Positions 58,588-64,000 of a DNA stretch of 64,000 nucleotides are shown piece after piece (the first letter of the stretch is position 1; each line of letters starts with the position of its first letter). The position numbers and the translations under genes were made by a program. The notes beneath the pieces are model-generated. The model did not search any database. It had not been told where the DNA came from and worked only from the letters and a program-made list of their open reading frames with translations. Source of the stretch: a candidate division FCPU426 bacterium (lineage in GTDB: Bacteria; Oederibacteriota; Muellerivitia; Muellerivitales; Muellerivitaceae); contig CAVYSE010000020.1 in assembly GCA_963771075.1 (NCBI GenBank), positions 64,001-128,000 on the forward strand, read 5' to 3'.

Positions 58588-59106
58588 ATGCGTTTCTTAT
58601 CATTGTTTTTGGCAGCCTTTCTTGCCGCGGGTTTGGCCCTGGCGGGAGACATCAAAATCGCCACGGTTGATCTTCAAAAACTTTTCAAAGATTATCCAGG
58701 CACCCAAAAGGCCGAGGATAAGTTGAAAGATATCGAAAAAAAGAAGATCAAAGAGTTAGCGCCGATGGAAGATGAATTGAAAGATCTTCAAAATGAATTA
58801 CAGAACAACAGCTCGGTTCTTTCGAAGAAGGAAAAGCAGGAAAAAAAAGAGCTTTTTGGGCTAAAAATGGATGAGTACACCAAAGCGAAGTCACAGGTCC
58901 AATTGGACTTGCAGACCAAAGAAAGCGATATGACCCAAACGGTTTTGGGAGAGATTAAGGGGATCATCGCGGGCGTGGCCAAGGACAAGGGTTTTGATCT
59001 GGTCCTGGATTCGGAAAAAACCGCCTATGTCAAGGGCGGAACGGACATTACGGACGAAGTGGAAAAGCAGTTTAAATCCTCATCGGATAGTTCAAGTTCG
59101 AAGTAA
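58588..59106 (+). CDS. skp: OmpH/Skp periplasmic chaperone
   Basis: Signal peptide, KIATVDLQK, coiled coil, AKDKGFDLVLD, DITDEV; upstream of lpxD. Confidence 0.9.
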   Translation: MRFLSLFLAAFLAAGLALAGDIKIATVDLQKLFKDYPGTQKAEDKLKDIEKKKIKELAPMEDELKDLQNELQNNSSVLSKKEKQEKKELFGLKMDEYTKAKSQVQLDLQTKESDMTQTVLGEIKGIIAGVAKDKGFDLVLDSEKTAYVKGGTDITDEVEKQFKSSSDSSSSK

Positions 59107-59130
59107 TCGCATTAACGGAAGCGGGTGGTC

Positions 59131-60168
59131 ATGGCCTCATCCTTCACCCTCCGTCAATTAGCCGCTGAAATTGGTGGCACCTTTACCGGGGACGGACATC
59201 TGGTTTTGACCGGACTGGCACCCCTGGATACGGCTGGGGAAAGTCAGCTGTCTTTTTTGACCAATCCCAAGTACGCCAAACTGGCCGAGACCTCACGGGC
59301 CTCGGCCATCCTGGCGGAAAAACCTCTGGAAGGACTTTCAAAGCCCTTCCTTCTATCGCCGAATCCATACGCAAAACTTCCCCGTCTTATCCAGCTTTTT
59401 TACCCATCCACCAAGCCTGAACCTGGCATCCAGGAGGGGGCTTGGGTTCATCCCCAAGCGACGGTTGATCGATCCGCGACCCTTTATCCCGGAGTCGTGG
59501 TGGCTTCCGGGGCTAAAATCGGCCCCCGAACGGTTTTGTACCCGGGTGTTTTCCTGGGGCAGGACGCGGTCGTAGGCGAGGACTGCGTTCTTTATTCCAA
59601 CGTCACCGTCCGAGACCGGTGTTTGTTGGGAAATCGGGTTATCCTTCAGCCGGGCGTGGTTGTTGGAGGGGATGGATTTGGGTTCGCCCCGGACAAAGGT
59701 ACCTATGAGAAGATCCCCCAGGTGGGGAATGTGATATTGGAAGATGATGTGGAATTGGGCGCAAATACCTGCGTGGACCGTGCCGCCCTGGGTTCGACCC
59801 GAATTGGCAAGGGGACCAAATTAGATAACCTCATCCAGATCGGCCACAACGTGGTGATCGGGGAAAATTCAATCATTGTCTCACAAACTGGAATTTCGGG
59901 GTCCACCCAAATTGGTAACCACGTCGTCATGGGTGGACAAGTCGGGCTCGCGGGCCATTTGAAGATTGGGGATCATGTGACCCTGGCGACCCGGACGGGG
60001 GTTATGGAGGATATTCCTGAAAAGGGGGTCTACTGGGGATCACCTTCCAGCCCCATGTCCGTCGAAATGAAAAACGTCGCCGCCTACCGTCAATTGCCGG
60101 ACGTGATCAAGCGTCTCCGTCGGCTCGAGAAGGTTTTTGAGAAAATCGAAAAGGAAAACCAAGGTTGA
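59131..60168 (+). CDS. lpxD: UDP-3-O-acylglucosamine N-acyltransferase
   Basis: Hexapeptide repeats, GDGFGF, KIPQVG, KLDNLIQIGHN. Confidence 0.96.
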   Translation: MASSFTLRQLAAEIGGTFTGDGHLVLTGLAPLDTAGESQLSFLTNPKYAKLAETSRASAILAEKPLEGLSKPFLLSPNPYAKLPRLIQLFYPSTKPEPGIQEGAWVHPQATVDRSATLYPGVVVASGAKIGPRTVLYPGVFLGQDAVVGEDCVLYSNVTVRDRCLLGNRVILQPGVVVGGDGFGFAPDKGTYEKIPQVGNVILEDDVELGANTCVDRAALGSTRIGKGTKLDNLIQIGHNVVIGENSIIVSQTGISGSTQIGNHVVMGGQVGLAGHLKIGDHVTLATRTGVMEDIPEKGVYWGSPSSPMSVEMKNVAAYRQLPDVIKRLRRLEKVFEKIEKENQG

Positions 60169-61472
60169 GACTCCAGCGAACCCTGGCCCAACCCGCCCAA
60201 TTTGAGGGGCGGGGCTTGCACACCGGCAAAACCGCCCATATCCGGGTTCTCCCCGCCGGGGTAGATCAGGGGGTATCTTTTTATCGAACCGATCTTCAGG
60301 CTTTGATCCCCCTTACCCCCTTGGGAGTGACCAATACTGCCCGTGGGACCACCCTAAGCGGAGAAAAGGGCGCCTCGGTTCATACGGTTGAACATCTTCT
60401 TTCCGCGATCAAGGGGCTTTTTCTCGATAATTTAATTATTGAGATTGATTCGGAAGAGGTTCCGATCATGGATGGGAGCGCGGAACCCTTTTATAAGGGT
60501 TTGGAGGCCAGCGGGGTAGTGGATCAGTCCAAAAGCATCCATCCCATTCAAATACACGAAACTTTTGAAATGACATTCGGTGATATCTTTCTCAAGGCTG
60601 AGCCTTCGGAAAGTCTTGAGTTGAATTGCCATACGTCCTTCCCCTCGCCCGGCCTCGAAAATCAATATTTCCGGTTTACACTCGAAAATGGTTCCTTTGG
60701 GAACCAATTGGCGGGCGCCCGGACCTTTTGCTTTGAGCAGGAGGTGGAAGCCTTGCGCCGACAGGGCCTGATCAAAGGCGGGGACCTCCAATGCGCGGTT
60801 GTCATCGGGAAGGAGGGGGTATTGAATCCTCCCCTCCGCTATGAGGACGAAATTGTCCGCCACAAGACCTTGGACCTGCTTGGGGATCTCGCACTTTTAA
60901 ACCGCCCCTTGTTGGCTAAGATCACGGTGAAAAAGGCCGGGCATCGGTATCATGTGGAATTGGCGAAGGCGATTTTAGAGAAATTCGGCAATGGGAAGGA
61001 ATCACCCGGCGCCACAAAGGGGGAAACCAAGATGATTGATATTTTGGGGATTCAAAAGGCTTTGCCGCACCGTTATCCTTTTTTGCTGATTGATCGGGTT
61101 TTGGAACTCGATGAGAAAAAAGTGGTGGCGATTAAAAATGTGACGATTAACGAGGGCTTTTTTCAAGGTCATTTTCCGGGGCATCCCATCATGCCGGGAG
61201 TTCTGGTGATCGAGGCGATGGCCCAGGCTGGTGGAATGATTTTTCTTCATAACGGGGATGGCAAAAAACTGCTTTATCTGGCCGGGGTGGATAAAGCCAA
61301 ATTCCGTAAACCCGTCTTTCCCGGGGATCAAATCCGTTTTGAGGTAGAGGTCCTGGTTTTGAAATCGAAAGTGGGGAAAATAGCGGGTAAAGCGATCATC
61401 GACGGAAAGGTAGCGGTACAGGCCGAACTGACCTGCGCCATCGTCGATCGAGACGAAATGGTTCAGGAATAA
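60165..61472 (+). CDS. lpxC: Bifunctional LpxC/FabZ
   Basis: GRGLHTG, TVEHLLSA, PIMDGS, ARTF, HKTLDLLGDL then LPHRYPFLLID, GHFPGHPIMPGVLVIEAMAQ. Confidence 0.95.
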   Translation: MRLQRTLAQPAQFEGRGLHTGKTAHIRVLPAGVDQGVSFYRTDLQALIPLTPLGVTNTARGTTLSGEKGASVHTVEHLLSAIKGLFLDNLIIEIDSEEVPIMDGSAEPFYKGLEASGVVDQSKSIHPIQIHETFEMTFGDIFLKAEPSESLELNCHTSFPSPGLENQYFRFTLENGSFGNQLAGARTFCFEQEVEALRRQGLIKGGDLQCAVVIGKEGVLNPPLRYEDEIVRHKTLDLLGDLALLNRPLLAKITVKKAGHRYHVELAKAILEKFGNGKESPGATKGETKMIDILGIQKALPHRYPFLLIDRVLELDEKKVVAIKNVTINEGFFQGHFPGHPIMPGVLVIEAMAQAGGMIFLHNGDGKKLLYLAGVDKAKFRKPVFPGDQIRFEVEVLVLKSKVGKIAGKAIIDGKVAVQAELTCAIVDRDEMVQE

Positions 61473-61475
61473 ACC

Positions 61476-62261
61476 ATGGCCGATTTGGTAGTCGAGATCC
61501 ATCCCACGGCGGTTGTTCATCCGAAGGCCCAGTTTGGCCCGGGGGTCAAGATCGGGCCCTACGCCATCATCGATGAGCATGTGAAGCTGGGCGAGGGTAC
61601 GACTATCGGGCCCCATGCCGTCGTCACCGGACGCACCACCCTGGGAAAAAATAACCGTGTTTTTCCAGGCGCGGTGCTTGGGAGCGAGCCCCAGGACGTG
61701 AAGTTCCATGGTGAGGAAACCTATCTCATCATCGGGGATGACAATCTTTTTCGCGAACACGCGACGGTCAACCCCGGAACCGGGGAAGGATCTAAGACGG
61801 TCATCGGCGACGACAATTGGTTCATGATCCAGACCCATGTGGGACACAATTGCGTGATTGGCAGCCACATCAAATTAGCGAACCTCGCCACCCTCGGGGG
61901 TCATGTGCTGATCGAGGATCACGCGACGATCGGTGGTGTCACCCCGATCCACCAGTTTTGCCGGGTGGGTTGCTATTCCATGATCGGAGGCGGGTTTCGC
62001 GCGGTTCAGGACGTCGCGCCCTACATGATCGCGGGCGATGAACCACTTCGCATCCATGGGATCAACCAGATCGGACTGGAAAGAAACGGGTTTTCCAAGG
62101 AAACGATCGATACCCTCAAGAAGGCCCATAAGGTCATTTTCCGGAACAACCTTACCTTGAAGGAGTCCATCAAAGCCTTGAATGATGATTTTCCACCCAT
62201 GCCCGAGATCAGGCACCTAATTGAATTTCTAGGTTCCTGTGAGCGCGGAATCGTCCGCTGA
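61476..62261 (+). CDS. lpxA: UDP-N-acetylglucosamine acyltransferase
   Basis: IHPTAVV, PQDVKF, HVGHNC, IHQFCRVG, GLERNGF. Confidence 0.96.
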   Translation: MADLVVEIHPTAVVHPKAQFGPGVKIGPYAIIDEHVKLGEGTTIGPHAVVTGRTTLGKNNRVFPGAVLGSEPQDVKFHGEETYLIIGDDNLFREHATVNPGTGEGSKTVIGDDNWFMIQTHVGHNCVIGSHIKLANLATLGGHVLIEDHATIGGVTPIHQFCRVGCYSMIGGGFRAVQDVAPYMIAGDEPLRIHGINQIGLERNGFSKETIDTLKKAHKVIFRNNLTLKESIKALNDDFPPMPEIRHLIEFLGSCERGIVR

Positions 62262-62264
62262 CCC

Positions 62265-63074
62265 GTGGAAAACCATGAACCAGTCGGCTTGGTGGCGGGA
62301 GCCGGCGAACTTCCCCTCCATTTCGCCCGTCAAACCCAAATCAAAGGGCATCCGTTATTTCTCTTCGCCCTAAAGGGTTCGGCGGATCCCCGACTTTTTT
62401 CTTTCGCAAAAAAGGTTTGTTGGGCCAACCCGGGTCAGGTAGGTTCCCTCGGCTCTTTTTTCAAGAAAAACAAAATCCGAAAGATCGCTTTCCATGGCAA
62501 AGTCCAACATGGATCCTTTTTTCAGAAGGTTCAGTTTGATTTAAAGGGTCTATCCCTTTGGATTAAGGCTAAGGACAAGTCGGGTGCGGGGCTGTTAAGG
62601 GTTTTGGGCATGGAATTAAAAAGAAACGGCATTCTCGTTTTGGATGGCCGTTACCTAATGGAGGATTTGCTTGTCTCAAGGGGGTGTTTAACCCGAACTC
62701 GCCCTCCCAAAAACTTTGCTGGTATGATCCAAAGGGGTCTGCGCCAGGCCAGGGAATTGGCCCGTTTGGGGGTTGGACAGTCTATCGTTGTGAAAGCGGG
62801 AGCCGTGGCGGCTGTAGAAGCCATGGAAGGCACCGACGAAACAATCCGGCGTGGCCGGCAATGGGCGGGAAAGGGGATCCTGCTGATCAAATCGGCGGGA
62901 CCCAACCAGGACTGGCGATTTGACGTGCCTACCATCGGGTTCAAAACGGCCCAAATCCTCTCCATCACGAGGGCGGAAGGCGTGGTTCTCGAAGCCGGAA
63001 AAGCGTTCCTCCTGGAAAAAGAAAAAACCCTGCGTTTCGCCGACTCGAAAAAAATATTCATTCTGGCGGTTTAA
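62265..63074 (+). CDS. lpxI: UDP-2,3-diacylglucosamine diphosphatase LpxI
   Basis: GLVAGAGELP, VGQ, AVEAMEGTD, QDWRFDVPTIG. Confidence 0.88.
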   Translation: MENHEPVGLVAGAGELPLHFARQTQIKGHPLFLFALKGSADPRLFSFAKKVCWANPGQVGSLGSFFKKNKIRKIAFHGKVQHGSFFQKVQFDLKGLSLWIKAKDKSGAGLLRVLGMELKRNGILVLDGRYLMEDLLVSRGCLTRTRPPKNFAGMIQRGLRQARELARLGVGQSIVVKAGAVAAVEAMEGTDETIRRGRQWAGKGILLIKSAGPNQDWRFDVPTIGFKTAQILSITRAEGVVLEAGKAFLLEKEKTLRFADSKKIFILAV

Positions 63075-63096
63075 GCGAATAGGTCCCGAAGGGCTG

Positions 63097-64000
63097 TTAA
63101 TTGTTTTTTCGCAAGATCAAAAGGGGCCCCATTAGGGCGAAAATCAAGTTGATGCTCCAAATGGCGAAAAAGGGCGGTATCGCTCCACCGTCTCCCAAGG
63201 TATGTCCGATTTGCATCCCGCCGATATAAGCTAACCCCACTAGAAGGCAAATTCCGAAACTGGCCACCACTCCGCTGTATTTTCCCATGGACCAACCCCA
63301 GGGAACTCCCCATAGGGCGAGGATCACGCAGCCAAAGGGAAAGGCCAGTTTGTTATTAAGTTCCACCAATTCCTTGTGGCAATCCAAACCGTTCCTTTTC
63401 AATTGTTGGATATAAAGGGTCAGCTCGGCGATGGACAGCTCCGCAAGTTCTTTTTGCTCTTTGATGAAGTCAGAGGGTTTTTCCGTAAGGTCCACGACGG
63501 TCTGGTCGAACGGCAGGGTTTGAACCTCGTTATCATCTCCGTTGAATGTCCGGATATATCCGTTCTCGAAAATCCAACGCCCATCCTGGTAATGGGCAGC
63601 TTTGGCGTCCACCCTCGATTTCAAATGGGAGGCATTGTCAAATTGGAGTACGAGGATATCCGTCATGGTGTTCTTGGTCCCGTCAAACGTGCCGATGTGG
63701 TAAAGGGTGTTGTTGTCCCCGCGCAGGGAAAGGTTCTGCCGGTACGTTTCAAGGGAGGATTCGGGTTTGTGCTCGATTTCGACTTCCTGGGTATGGCGCC
63801 TGATCTGATTGGCCTTGGGCACGACGATTTCGGAAAAAACCAGGCTCAAAATACAAATCACGAGGCCCGCGAAAAACAGGGGAATGACAGCCTGGTAAAT
63901 GTTGGCTCCCCCCGCCCGCATGGCCATCAGTTCGCTGTTTTTGGCCAAGGTGCTTAAGGCCATCAAGACCCCGAAAAGGACGGCGAGGGGAATAATCAGT
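63097..64000 (-). CDS. LPS export ABC permease LptF/LptG (5' end beyond the window)
   Basis: LAKNSELMAMRAGG, periplasmic beta-jellyroll (DAKAAHYQDGRWIFENG), KLAFPF, PPFFAIWSIN. Confidence 0.88.
   Translation of the reverse strand, partial: LIIPLAVLFGVLMALSTLAKNSELMAMRAGGANIYQAVIPLFFAGLVICILSLVFSEIVVPKANQIRRHTQEVEIEHKPESSLETYRQNLSLRGDNNTLYHIGTFDGTKNTMTDILVLQFDNASHLKSRVDAKAAHYQDGRWIFENGYIRTFNGDDNEVQTLPFDQTVVDLTEKPSDFIKEQKELAELSIAELTLYIQQLKRNGLDCHKELVELNNKLAFPFGCVILALWGVPWGWSMGKYSGVVASFGICLLVGLAYIGGMQIGHTLGDGGAIPPFFAIWSINLIFALMGPLLILRKNN

Noticed and set aside
1801..63957. Numerous long antisense or alternate-frame ORFs in the track (e.g. 1826-2551, 34132-35133, 61002-61868)
   Set aside because: Shadow ORFs overlapping well-supported genes, as expected from GC-rich codon usage.

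Overview
A 64-kb, gene-dense segment from a diderm (LPS-producing) bacterium, with almost all genes on the + strand. In order it holds: a sulfate uptake/activation operon (OprO/P-type porin, sbp, an embedded HPr, cysTWA, cysDN); glycogen genes (GH57/DUF3536, glgB); a housekeeping block (accA, amidase, GerMN, valS, nadC, birA, coaX); two DUF2723-like membrane proteins; a PilT/PilU-TPR fusion followed by an unusual receptor-less chemosensory cluster (CheR, TPR proteins, MshEN-CheW fusion, divergent P-II, 2x CheY, 2x CheC, CheD, CheW, CheB, CheA, degenerate GGDEF); dprA, topA, argB, nrdR; cysteine synthase plus a JAB/Mec peptidase; tmRNA; PilZ genes; and the skp-lpxD-lpxC/fabZ-lpxA-lpxI cluster with a convergent lptF/G gene. 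The most striking feature is the ~730-nt leader of the sulfate operon. It carries three tandem copies of a conserved structured motif (GGCUUU...ACUUGCCCCGGC-[variable hairpin]-AACAGGG(N)RCUAAAGCGGU), each followed by its own intrinsic terminator with complementarity back to the motif. This looks like a triple-tandem, sulfur-responsive riboswitch/attenuator that I cannot assign to a known class. Frameshifts in cysN, a TPR gene and topA are probably sequencing indels. All calls were made by eye; no database searches or folding programs were run.
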